A stretch of 33,275 nt of DNA from Craspedostauros australis (Eukaryota), in NCBI GenBank assembly GCA_030167865.1, contig JALAGF010000558.1:1-33275 (forward strand). The letters run 5' to 3'. Within the stretch, counting starts at the first letter, position 1; every line of letters begins with the position of its first letter. This document shows, piece after piece, positions 9,795-20,300 of this stretch. Below the pieces are notes generated by a model, which did no database searches, was not told the DNA's origin, and saw only the letters and a program-made list of their open reading frames with translations. A program made the translations under genes and the position numbers.

Positions 9795-10210
9795 GGTCCT
9801 CTTGCATCTCAAACCGTTGCCGTCATCGCTACGGGCATTCAATGAATGGCAAGAGATGCGCGCGATTCATGAGCGTGGAAATGGGCAACAGTGTGCGCCC
9901 GTGAGCGTTCGCCCATGGTCGTCTTCTTGGCGAAGCCAATCACGAAAGAAAGAGAATGCGGGATTGGAAGCGAATCGTGGACCGTGGAAGAGAACATCGT
10001 GGTGGCAAGGGAGATGCTTGATGGCTTCCGTGGAAGGAATTCACGATCCTCGACATTCATCTTGTTGCCATCTGCGACCTGCGAGTATAGTACGGCTCGG
10101 ACGCACCATCGTGGAGGCCTCGCAAAGACCACAAGTACAAACTGTCGCGTTTGTATAACACAACACTTGGATGCGCGGCATCTCCCACCACTTCCATCCC
10201 GACCGCCGCC

Positions 10211-11716
10211 ATGTGGACTTACTTGGGCACGTACGAGACCGTCAAATTCGTGCAAATCCAGGATGCGAGATTGGCATGGCTGCGGCTGTTCCTGCTGGCC
10301 GCGATCTTCGGGTACGTCGCCATCTACGAGATGTGGCTGATGGGCGGCTATCTCGAATCCACGCCGGTCGTCGGCGTCGTGCGCTTCTCCCTGCAGCAAC
10401 CGACCATCGACAACTGCGATCCGGCCGAAGCGGATTGTCGCAATGCCTTCGAATCGGTGCAGCGGCTGCCGTACTGCAGCCAGTCGTCGAAGGAAGCACA
10501 TCGTGAATTCCGAGGCAATAGGTTCCCGTGTGAGATCTACGAGGCCATCAACGCGCAGGTCGTGACGGAGACGTCCTTGGTGGTGCTGACGCGAGGTTCC
10601 GTGACGGAGGAGACGTTGGTGTGCGGTGCATCGAGCGGCGTCGCGCCGATACCAGCCAACGGCACGTGCGCCAGAACGTACGAACACAGTGATGAGCGCA
10701 CGGGGACTTCCGGTATCCTTGCAGCAGACACATCGTTGCTGCCCATGTCGGAAAGCTCGTCGCGGGGCCCGCCTTCTTCTGCAAATGCAGCGCCTGTCAG
10801 TTCGGCCACTGCGACGAATCCGACAATAGCAACAGCGGACGACACGACTTTCTACATCGCCCAGAGCGAAGCATTCACGGTGCTGTTGGATCACGCCGTC
10901 ACGGCATCCAAGATCTGCAACGCCCACTCGCATCGCGGATACGCATGCTCGGCGCAATCCTCGGCATACCAGGGACGCCTGTACAGCAGCAACCAGGATC
11001 TGTGCCAACGGCAATCGCAATGGAATCGTTCCTTCGTCGACTACGCGAGCGACCGCGCCACGGACAACGCGCCATGTTACATCGAACCCAACAAGACCTA
11101 CGCGGGTCTCGACTTTTTCAGTCTGGATGTTCTGCTGCAGGCTGCGGGCGTCGCCAGTCTGGATGATTGCATTCCAGGAGGCACAGCACACGCATCATTC
11201 TGCAAGACGTACCGAGAATCGGGGGCGACCCTTCTGCTCAATATTTACTGGCACGACAAGAAACCATACTCGGGACGCGTGGATCCGCATTATATTTACG
11301 TCGCGCAGCTCGTGGCGACGTCGTACAAACAATCGATTCCCTTCTACGAACGATATCGGTCCCACCGGACGTTGTTGCGCGCGCACGGTATCAAGATCGC
11401 CGTGCTGTTGGGCGGGGAATTCCATCAGTTCCGTTTCCTGCAATTCCTGATCACGTTGACGACGGCGTTGGGGTTGCTGGCCGTCGCAACGACCGTCGTT
11501 GATAGCTGCATGCTTTACGTACTGCCGGAGAAGGAGCACTACCTGCAGGCCAAATACGAGCAGCAGCGTCCTCGATCTTGCGAGCGGCGAGTACCAAGTG
11601 CATCACCGCAGCGGCAAGCGGAGGACCAGGTCGACGATGGGAACGGTCAGCCCGTAACCTCCGCGGATCAGGAATCGCTCTTGGCGGAACCGCTGTTGCA
11701 GGAAGGGGGACAATAA
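10211..11716 (+). CDS. P2RX: P2X purinoceptor-family two-TM trimeric ion channel
   Basis: N-terminal YETVK (YxTxK) and TM1 LAWLRLFLLAAIFGYVAIY. Cys-rich ectodomain with AQSEAFTVLLDH. RTLLRAHGIKI..GGEFHQF precedes TM2 LTTALGLLAVATTVVD. C-terminal YLQAK (YxxxK). ATG at 10211. Confidence 0.9.
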   Translation: MWTYLGTYETVKFVQIQDARLAWLRLFLLAAIFGYVAIYEMWLMGGYLESTPVVGVVRFSLQQPTIDNCDPAEADCRNAFESVQRLPYCSQSSKEAHREFRGNRFPCEIYEAINAQVVTETSLVVLTRGSVTEETLVCGASSGVAPIPANGTCARTYEHSDERTGTSGILAADTSLLPMSESSSRGPPSSANAAPVSSATATNPTIATADDTTFYIAQSEAFTVLLDHAVTASKICNAHSHRGYACSAQSSAYQGRLYSSNQDLCQRQSQWNRSFVDYASDRATDNAPCYIEPNKTYAGLDFFSLDVLLQAAGVASLDDCIPGGTAHASFCKTYRESGATLLLNIYWHDKKPYSGRVDPHYIYVAQLVATSYKQSIPFYERYRSHRTLLRAHGIKIAVLLGGEFHQFRFLQFLITLTTALGLLAVATTVVDSCMLYVLPEKEHYLQAKYEQQRPRSCERRVPSASPQRQAEDQVDDGNGQPVTSADQESLLAEPLLQEGGQ

Positions 11717-12156
11717 GAGAAACGGAGCGTAACGACAGAAGGGATGGTATTTTAGATGTTGATGAAAGAAGAACATGGTAACTTGGAGAGTAAGCATTAG
11801 TCGTACGATGACATGTTCTGTGTTGCCTTCGTTGGTATCACATGTGTCTCTAGCCTCCAGCGTAGCGTGTGAGCGATCCGTCATGAACAATTGATGTGAA
11901 GAATTGTGTCCCCAAACGAAGAAACATGCCTCCATCAATTCCTTCCCCAAAACAGACGCCAAAAAGAGCGTCGAAGAGGACACACTCAACGAACGCAACA
12001 CAACACCGGACAAAGGCCGCACCGCCAACGACACGATCTGCGGAAAGTTGTTTGTTCCGTTTGGTGGCGGCATCGCGACATCCACACCTCCGCCTCTTCC
12101 ACATTCTTCATTCCAACAACAATCCATCGCATCTGTGCCCACCGCAACAGTGCCAA

Positions 12157-12199
12157 CAACAACATTCGCAACAACATTCGCAACAACATTCGCAACAAC
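12157..12199. repeat. 12-bp tandem repeat (CAACAACATTCG) x3.6, upstream of the likely MRG start
   Basis: Units at 12157, 12169 and 12181, plus a partial unit at 12193. Confidence 0.9.
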
Positions 12200-12237
12200 G
12201 CCAATCCACTTGGCCCACTCAAGCGTCCAACGTTACA

Positions 12238-13782
12238 ATGGACGCCAGCGACGATGAGATGATGAATGACGAGACAGCATTTGTTTCTGACAGACAGAAC
12301 ATCAGGAACAACGAACATGATGGCGATTCTGCAATGCGTGATGCGAACGGTACTGCGAACAACACAGCCAACATGAAGGCACCACCCAGACGCATGTCAT
12401 CGGCGTCGGAAACAGGCGCATTGCCGCAGTTCGAACTGAACCAGCGCGTGCTGTGTTGCGACTCGCGGCAAGATGATCCCAAGACGAACCAGTCTGGAAA
12501 GAATGGGGCCAACGATGAAGGCGGCAACGATGGCGTCCACCAACCTGATCCCAACGCCATCTACTATCCTGCCATCATCCGCAAGGTCATGGCTGAAGGA
12601 ACGGAATGGAGGTACTACATCCACTACCAAGGATGGAACGCGAGGTGGGATCACTGGGTGGATTCCAGTGCGTTGGTGGGCGACACACCAGACAACCGGA
12701 AGCTCTACATATCCAACGGTTCCAAAAACAGCACCACCACCACTAACAACAACAACAACGGCACCTCCGCATCAGTGGCATCAAGTTCGGCATCGAGCCA
12801 CACAATCTCGAAGTCAGCCTCAATCTCCACCTTCTCATCTCCCAACGGCCGCGCGCGTGTCTCATCGCCTCAACGCCACCCCAGCCCCTTGCATTCACCA
12901 GGAGGCGACAGTCGTGCCCAGGATGCTGGTCGCAGCAGCAAGGCGAGCCCGGCACGTAAGCGCAAGACGGGATCAGCTGCATCGAGCAACAAGCGCACGC
13001 AGCGTAAGCGCGGCGGTGCCAATCTGGCCTCGTCTTCCCTGCACAACCTGTGGCAGGACTACTGCGAACTCCCGCTGACTCTCAAGACCGTCCTCGTCGA
13101 CGATTTGGAGGCCATCTCACCGAAGCAGTACGACGTGACTCCTTTCACCACCGGTCAGTACAGCTACGCCAACGGTTCGTTGCAACCAATTCGCAAGGTG
13201 CACGTCTTGCCGGCATCCGTCACCGTGCGGCAGGTGCTGCAGCAATACCAGAAGAAGCGCGGCGGTTCCAAGGCGGAGCCTCAGAAGCGTGCGCAAGTCC
13301 AGTCCTTCTGCAAGGGCCTTGGCGATCTCTTCGAAAGCGCGCTGCCCGCATGCCTTCTCTATCCGCAGGAACGACCGCAGTACGAGCACATCGTGCAATC
13401 GGTCCTGCCCGATTCTTCCAAATCGGTATGCGATGTATACGGCTGCATCTTCCTGCTGCGCTTGTTCATCCGCCTGCCGCTGCTCCTCTCCGAAGCGTCG
13501 CTCACCTTCCTCGATGTCACATTAAGCAGCGGCAATCATTACTCCAACATCGACAGCTCATCGGGCCGCTTCATCGATCCTTCCGAATCCATATCCAACG
13601 AGATCCAGATCATCGGACCCATGATCGTGGATCTCATGGTGCTGCTGCAAAAGAACCACACGGCATGCTTCCCACGCGCGTATCGGTATCCGCAGTCTTG
13701 CGAATTGGCGGTGTGGGAACGTCATATGCAGGCTGGTGCGTCGTCCATCGTGGATGCGCGGGAGCCCGAGCAGCGCAAGTGA
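12238..13782 (+). CDS. MRG15: MRG15/Eaf3-family chromatin protein (chromo-barrel plus MRG domain)
   Basis: Chromo barrel YYIHYQGWNARWDHWV and basic NLS RKRK. MRG domain LPLTLKTVLVDD..LPASVTVRQVL..LLYPQERPQY..VYGCIFLLRLFIRLP. The likely start is MDASDDE at 12238, but the frame is open from 11896. Confidence 0.92.
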   Translation: MDASDDEMMNDETAFVSDRQNIRNNEHDGDSAMRDANGTANNTANMKAPPRRMSSASETGALPQFELNQRVLCCDSRQDDPKTNQSGKNGANDEGGNDGVHQPDPNAIYYPAIIRKVMAEGTEWRYYIHYQGWNARWDHWVDSSALVGDTPDNRKLYISNGSKNSTTTTNNNNNGTSASVASSSASSHTISKSASISTFSSPNGRARVSSPQRHPSPLHSPGGDSRAQDAGRSSKASPARKRKTGSAASSNKRTQRKRGGANLASSSLHNLWQDYCELPLTLKTVLVDDLEAISPKQYDVTPFTTGQYSYANGSLQPIRKVHVLPASVTVRQVLQQYQKKRGGSKAEPQKRAQVQSFCKGLGDLFESALPACLLYPQERPQYEHIVQSVLPDSSKSVCDVYGCIFLLRLFIRLPLLLSEASLTFLDVTLSSGNHYSNIDSSSGRFIDPSESISNEIQIIGPMIVDLMVLLQKNHTACFPRAYRYPQSCELAVWERHMQAGASSIVDAREPEQRK

Positions 13783-14059
13783 TTTTCGTCCTCATCACGC
13801 AGTTCGAAAGGACCGTGGGCTGGATGCCATACTGGAATAATTCAATACAACATGAAACATGACTCCACAGGTAGACACAAACAATTTGTGCAACACTCTC
13901 ATCTCATCGCCACTCCATTGCATCCAGTGTTGGAGTACTCCTATTGCCGATTTACTTTGTATTATTATAGAATACTTGAACAGAGTACATACCATACGAC
14001 GATGAAATGTTCCCACGATACCAGAGATGCAGATTGCACTCACTGCGCACGCCTCCGCA

Positions 14060-14759
14060 TTAACCCGGCGGCCACTCCATCTGCCGTCCGCCCATAACAT
14101 GAACGTGCAGATGGTAGACACTCTGTGCGCCATCCTTGCCATCGTTGATGACGAGACGGAATCCTTCAGGACACAGTTCCTGGCCCTTCATCTGGGCGAC
14201 GTAAACGAGATGGCCCAGAATGGCCTTCTGATCTTCGCGCACCTTGGACAGCTGCGTGAGACCGTCGCGGTGTTTGGGAATGACGAGGAAGTGCACGGGC
14301 GCTTGGGGATTGACGTCCCTGAAGGCCAAGCACTGATCGTCTTCGTGGACCTTGTCCGTGGGCCATTCGCCGGACAGGAGCTTGTCGAAGATGGTGGCCG
14401 GTCCGGCGCCATCCCGGTCGGATGCCGCTAGGGCCTTCTGGACCTCGTCGTTGCCTTGCGTTGTGGACATGGCCAAGTTTGTTGTTGTTGTTCCTGATGC
14501 AGGATGCGCGGGCTGCGCGTTGCCTTTGTTCGCCAAGGCAAAAGTGGCAGCCAAGGAAGGGTGCGGCGCAACGAAGGCCACGGAAGAGAACGAAGCTGCG
14601 GACGTGGAGAACAAGGCCGCGCAGGACGTCGTCACTTTCGAAAGGAGGGAGCGATTGATGCTGTGCGGTGTACAATGGCGGAGTGGAGTCAAGTGGCGGG
14701 ATGGGATGGGATGATGAATTATTTTATATTGTGTTTCACTTTGTGAGAATGGAGCGCAT
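14060..14759 (-). CDS. HINT: HIT-family (HINT-type) nucleotide phosphoramidase with an N-terminal extension; 5' gene structure uncertain
   Basis: TIFDKLL..VHEDDQCLAFRDVNPQAPVHFLVIPK..GFRLVINDGKDGAQSVYHLHVHVMGGRQMEWPPG. The first in-frame ATG is at 14470. A proposed 20-nt exon (14759-14740) with a 79-nt intron (14739-14661) would extend the protein. Confidence 0.93.
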
Positions 14760-15625
14760 CAGCAATCAGAGGAGAGCAGAGTCGCAAAGACACACAGCAG
14801 CACTTGCCCAAACAAACACAGAAACACGGAAGCATGCGACCAATCTGCCTCTGCGAGAGCATTCGCGTCGGTGGATTGCATGATGATCCCACAGCGATCA
14901 AGGCGCCTCCTCAAACACGCCACTAACGAGTTTGCCACTCAAAACACCCGTGCCCAACTCTCACTCACCGCATGAAGATGATCGCAACGAGATGCTCGAC
15001 GTTGTCAATGGTCAATGCAGAGAGCGTCTGTGTGGTCGTCTGGCACCTGCGTGTTTGCCTTCCTCCCTTCCGATCCTCTCGCCTCTTCTTGGTCCGATTC
15101 GATTCTTGGAACCACTATATGATGCTTGTGCTGCCCTTTCCACGTTCTGCAGAAATCAGATCTTTCCTTTCGCCATCGATTTGCAATCTTGATGGGTGTC
15201 TGTAGTCCAGTTAATCAAATTGGTGGATTGGGTTGATCCCGCAGCATTCTTGTGGATTGTTGTCAAGGAAGGAGTCTGTCCTCGTCGGGATCGATCTTGA
15301 CATCGCGATCCAAACCCATCAACCACGAGAAGGACGACACCCAAGATTGCGTGTGTTGTTCTGCGACAGCTGACATCCAGTGAGCCACCAACAGCCCACG
15401 AAAAAGGCCATCGTGTCGGCGTCCAATCTGCCGAAGACTTCACATCGGCGTTCATTCCATCAACCACCTGCCACAACCTCCGTAGCATACCAACAGTACA
15501 ACGAGTATAGTCGAGCGTCGTATTAGTAGCAAGTTCTGATCACACACACACAAGTCGACAAGCCAACAGACCCACGCATACAAGCACAAGCACAGACTCG
15601 TACCATCAGAAAAAAACAGTCCAAG

Positions 15626-16766
15626 ATGCAGCACAACCGCCTGTCCAACCTCGTCGCGTTCGCCATCACTTTGATGATGTGCACCATGATCGACCAGACA
15701 TCCGCCTTCGCGCGGGGTTCCACCCACCGTCTCGCCGGCGTCCAACGACGCACGAGAGCGGAGCCCATGGAGCTGTATGCCGCGGCAGGAGCTCCCAAGA
15801 AGAAGGTCCTCAAGAAGAAGGTCGCCAAGAAGAAAGCGGGTGCCAAGGACGCCAAGGGTCAGCCAGAAGCCCTCACCAAGGCGGAGTTCGTCGCGCAGGT
15901 TGCCGAGAGGACCGGCCAAACCAAGACGGATGCCGACCGATCCGTCAACGCCGTTCTGGAGGTCATCACCGAAGTAAGTCGTCGTCCAAATCAAATACAT
16001 GTGTATTCTGCTCTGCACTGCCCTATGCATGCATTCATGCTGTGTGCATGCTATGTGGTGGATGCTCTTCACTTTGTGCATAAATTGAACATTGTCCTAT
16101 CATTCCGCCATTCCTGGCGTGCATCCAGTCATTGTGGATGCGCAACCTCCCCTGGGCATCAACTTGGCTATTGGCATGCGCAACCCATTTCATGTCTCAT
16201 TCCGTCATGCCGGAGTTCTCATGCTCGATCAAGTTGAACCGAATCTGCCAAGAGTAAACGTACTCTTCACGTTCCCATACTCATGGCATACCTCGACTTC
16301 CTTCGCCTCTTCCTCCTTCGCTCATTCAACTTCACAACACTGGTCTCTCTATTTCGGATTTTGATGGACCTTTCACTTTTGCAACCTTATTCGATGACGT
16401 GTCGCTTGTACCAAATCCTCGAACTTTGTCGCATCCAACATCGTGCACTTGGGAATGGCATTCTCAACTTCTCAATCTTTCGTACAACATCATACATGGT
16501 CTGCCGCATTGGCACTACGCCCGACTCCGCTTTTGTTGCATGCATCATGGACGAATGATTTGATGGATGGATGAACACATGATCTGCAGAGTGTCGTCGA
16601 TGGTAAGAAAATTTCGTTCAATGGATTTGGCACATTCGTGGCGAAGGAACGTGCCGCGCGCAAAGGAAGAAACCCGCAGACTGGTGAGGAAATATTCATC
16701 TCTGCCCGCATGTCACCTGGATTCACTGCTTCCAAGAAGTTCAAGGAGCTTTGCAACGAAGAGTAA
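15626..16766 (+). CDS. HU: Nucleus-encoded, plastid-targeted HU (bacterial histone-like DNA-binding protein). Exons 15626-15973 and 16590-16766.
   Basis: Exon 1: signal peptide ending TSA|FARG, transit peptide, Lys-rich tract, then LTKAEFVAQVAERTGQTKTDADRSVNAVLEVITE. Phase-0 intron GTAAGT...CTGCAG. Exon 2: SVVDGKKISFNGFGTFVAKERAARKGRNPQTGEEIFISARMSPGFTASKKFKELCNEE*, containing the HU signature GFGTF / GRNPQTGE. Confidence 0.95.
15974..16589 (+). other. 616-nt GT-AG spliceosomal intron in the HU gene
   Basis: Donor gaa|GTAAGT at 15974 and acceptor ctgCAG|agt at 16589. Splicing gives a contiguous HU domain. Confidence 0.92.
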
Positions 16767-17303
16767 GCGAACCTGCTTGGTGAGCTTGCATTCATACGTA
16801 TAACATGATACAGCAGGGTGATAACAGCGAACGACCAAACGGATGGTGTCGTGCGGTTGGAAGACCAAGCTCGAATGTGCCATCAACGGCGCCGCATTTC
16901 CTTCACGACGAACCAGGAAATGCATCCCAAGCAATTGCATCCAACAAACGTCACACCATAATCGTAGGCGCCATCCGCAATGACAGCATCAGCGACAATA
17001 ATACTAACGACACGAAAGACAAATTCATTGCTACATCCCCAGCATCAAACACACAGCTACGATCAGGCAAGACTAAAGACGCAATGACGAAAACAGAGCA
17101 ACAATTTATTGAATTATCATTCAGCAGCTACCTTCAAAACGACACACTCCAAAGCTTCCGGTCCATCATGTGGTTTTGTCTGTTCTTCAGTTAACGTGTC
17201 TGCATACGTTCGCGGCGCACGGCGGCAGTATCCTAGAGCATGATGATGTGTGTCTTCTCTCTCTGTTGGTGACAGCGCTGCAGTCGCAATTGCAATCGCG
17301 TGC

Positions 17304-20300
17304 TCATTTGCCTCCTGACTTCAGCAACGCGTCGTATGTGTTGCGGAAGATGTCGTCCAGACTTAGCACCGCGGCACGTTCTGCCTTGTCCAGAAGGCCA
17401 AATCCCAGAGATGGGTCGACCAGGATCTTGGGAAACCCGCTTGCCACACGCTTCCGGATGTTCACGATGCCCCGCGCGACGATCGGTGGGCAGCGGAAGG
17501 ACAGCCACCCATCCAGCGTCATGACGCACATGCCCCGCAGCTCTGGTTTGATTGGCTTGTCCATCATCGTCGTTTCGCTGTTTGGGTACTGCTCCACTGT
17601 CAAGCGTGTACCGCACAATATTAGAAGCGGCAACGGCGACACGATGTACGTTGTTTGAGTCGCCGCACAGCCGCGCTCTCCCTGCGTGATCTCGCCGAAG
17701 CAAATGATCTCCAACGCGTCCTCCGGGATCCTGCACTCCTTCCGAAGATCGAAGTTGCCGGTACCAGGAATGGCATTGACGGATCCGGTCTGAATCTTGA
17801 TCTTCTGCTTGCTGATCGTCGTGAAGTTGACATTGCCGCGCTTGCGGTAGGCAATGTTGGGGTACAGGCCCGCCACGAGGGTCGCTTGCCACATGGCCGC
17901 CACGTGCTTGTTGCGGTTGTGGAATGCGGTTTCGGTGGAACCCGTGACCGGGTTTGTGGCGCGCATCTCCCACGGAGCGGCGAAGCCAATGGATTTGAGC
18001 TGCTTGCTCAGGTTGCTGCGGACGTCGGAGATGGTGCGCATGGAGTGGTTGCTCAAGTAATTGCGCCGACAGTACGAGACGAATGGGCCTCCACAAGGTT
18101 TCTTGGAGATGCGATCGACGTCTTCCAGAATGTTGTGCATCGTCACCTGGTCGCACCTACAGTCCCTGCTGAGCTTCAGCTTGACCTTCTTGGCGTGCTG
18201 CTTGAGAGCATCGGGCACCATGATGAACGGCGACTTGTAGGACATCCCCGCTGCCATGTCGCATGAGACCTGGGAGCAACCGAGCAGGTAGGACAGCAGC
18301 AGCATCTTACCGACGCGCGGTTCCAGGCTCAGCGTGGCGAGGCAGGATCCGAGGAAGGTCAGGTCGTTCCGCTCCTTCGTCATGGCACCGAGCTCGACCA
18401 GCATCTCCAGGGCATTGCGGACGGACTTGGAGTGCGGTGGCGTCACCGCTTTGCTCAACAGGGCGGGGATACCGTCGTCATCAGATGCGCCTCCGGGAGC
18501 AATGCGGAGCTTCTTGCACATCAGGCACAGCTCTTCCAGCGGCGTTCGCACCATCTCGCTTTCCGTGAATTCTCGCAACGACTCGTGACGAGTTGCGGAG
18601 AACATGTGGAAGCATATGCCTGGCTTGGTGCGTCCCGCTCTACCGCGTCGCTGCTTGGCCGATGCCTGGCTGATCCACATTGGCTGCAGCGTGGCTGTCT
18701 TGAGGTGCGGGTCGTAGCTCTTCTCCTTGGCACGTCCCGTGTCGATGACGAATGACACATCGTCGATCGTCAATGATGTTTCCGCGATGTTGGTGGACAG
18801 GATGATCTTGCGAACATTCTTCGGCGGTCTCCTCAGCACCTTGCGCTGCTCGTCGTTGGAGATGCCAGAGTGCAGGGGCAGGATTAGGTACTTCGATGGA
18901 TTCTTGAACGGATCGGTCGAGTGCAGCACCATCTTCAAGCTGGAGATATCTTGCCACCCGGCGAAGAAGATGAGAACAGCGCCGTCGTCGTTCGGGTACT
19001 TCTCGTTGATGCATTTCAGCGTGGCGACGATCAAATCGTTGTCCACCAAATCGTCGTTGTGCACCATCTGGTAGTGCTGCAGCAACTTCTTGTGACGTGC
19101 CACCACTTGCTGCATTTCTGGCGTGTCTCCCGTGTTGGTCTTGCTCGCTTCGCCTCCACTTCCCATGATGACATCGTCACCACCGTCGTCATCATTTTCA
19201 CCATCATTGTCGTCACCGTCGTCTGCCGTTGCTTCGTTGCCATCAACCTCCCGGTTGACGCTGCCAAGCTGTCCGATGTCATCGGGCGTGTTCTGAGGAG
19301 CCAGGAACTTAACTTCGTCCACTTGCTTTGGCATGCTCTCTGCCAACACGCTCTTCAATTCTTCCGCATCCAACATCAGTCTCCGCATGTCCGAGGTATC
19401 CACCGTCGCTTGGACGTCGTAGTCCGCGTAGTCTTCGTACGTCTTACTCTCATCGGCGCCACCACCGTCGATGGTCATGATATCATCACCTGCATCATCG
19501 TCGTCCATGGCATCTGAGGATGCCGTTGAAACATCCGCATCGTCCACCATCGCGATGGTTTGTTGGATTTCGCGCGTGCCGTCGCAGATGGCGACATGCA
19601 TCGCATACTTCATGATATCTCCACCGAAGTTACTCATACCGCACATTGCACACTGCATGCCGAAATCGTCGGCGGCCTTCTTGCCCCGCCGTTTCTGTCC
19701 TTTGCTTGGAGTTGGTTTCTGGCTTGGCGTCGCTGGCAGTAGCTTGGCGAGTTCGGCATCCAGCTGCTGATTCGTGATGGAGACGCTCTCCTTGTACATC
19801 GGACCGGTCGTGTCGAGGAATGCTGTCATTTCCAGCATATTCTCGAGGAAGAAGGTCTGCACGGGAAATGTCCGACCATCGAGCTTGATGACCTTTGGTC
19901 GCGATGTGGGCGTCGTGAAGTAGTCGGCGAAGATGTCGATCTGGACGGTCGCGCTCATGAGGATGACGCGCAGTTCCTTGCCTTTGATCTTGCTGCGCTT
20001 GGCCAGGATCTCGCGCAGGATGATGAGGATGAACTCGGTGTACTTGTCGCGCTCGTGCACCTCGTCGATGATGACGTGCGTGTACTCGTCGAGCAGCGAC
20101 GAGCCCATGAGCTTGCGAATGAGGACGCCCGGCGTGAGGAAGGTGAGCTGCGTCTTGGACGTGACGGTGGAATCCTGTCGGACCTGATGGGCCAAGAGAC
20201 CGCCGCGCTTGGGTTGGAACTGCTCGTCGGCGATGCGCTCCGCGATGGAGATTGCGGAGATGCGGCGCGGCTGCGTGACGACGATGTTCGCCGTGGGGAT

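Noticed and set aside
9839..11191. 450-aa minus-strand ORF and similar long antisense ORFs over the large genes
   Set aside because: These are shadow frames of GC-rich coding sequence. The opposite strand carries the recognisable protein.
15974..16237. C-terminal part of the 203-aa ORF 15626-16237
   Set aside because: Read-through into the intron. The HU domain is completed by exon 16590-16766.
15626..16766. HU as a sign of bacterial contamination or recent horizontal transfer
   Set aside because: It has a spliceosomal intron and a plastid presequence and sits among eukaryotic genes.
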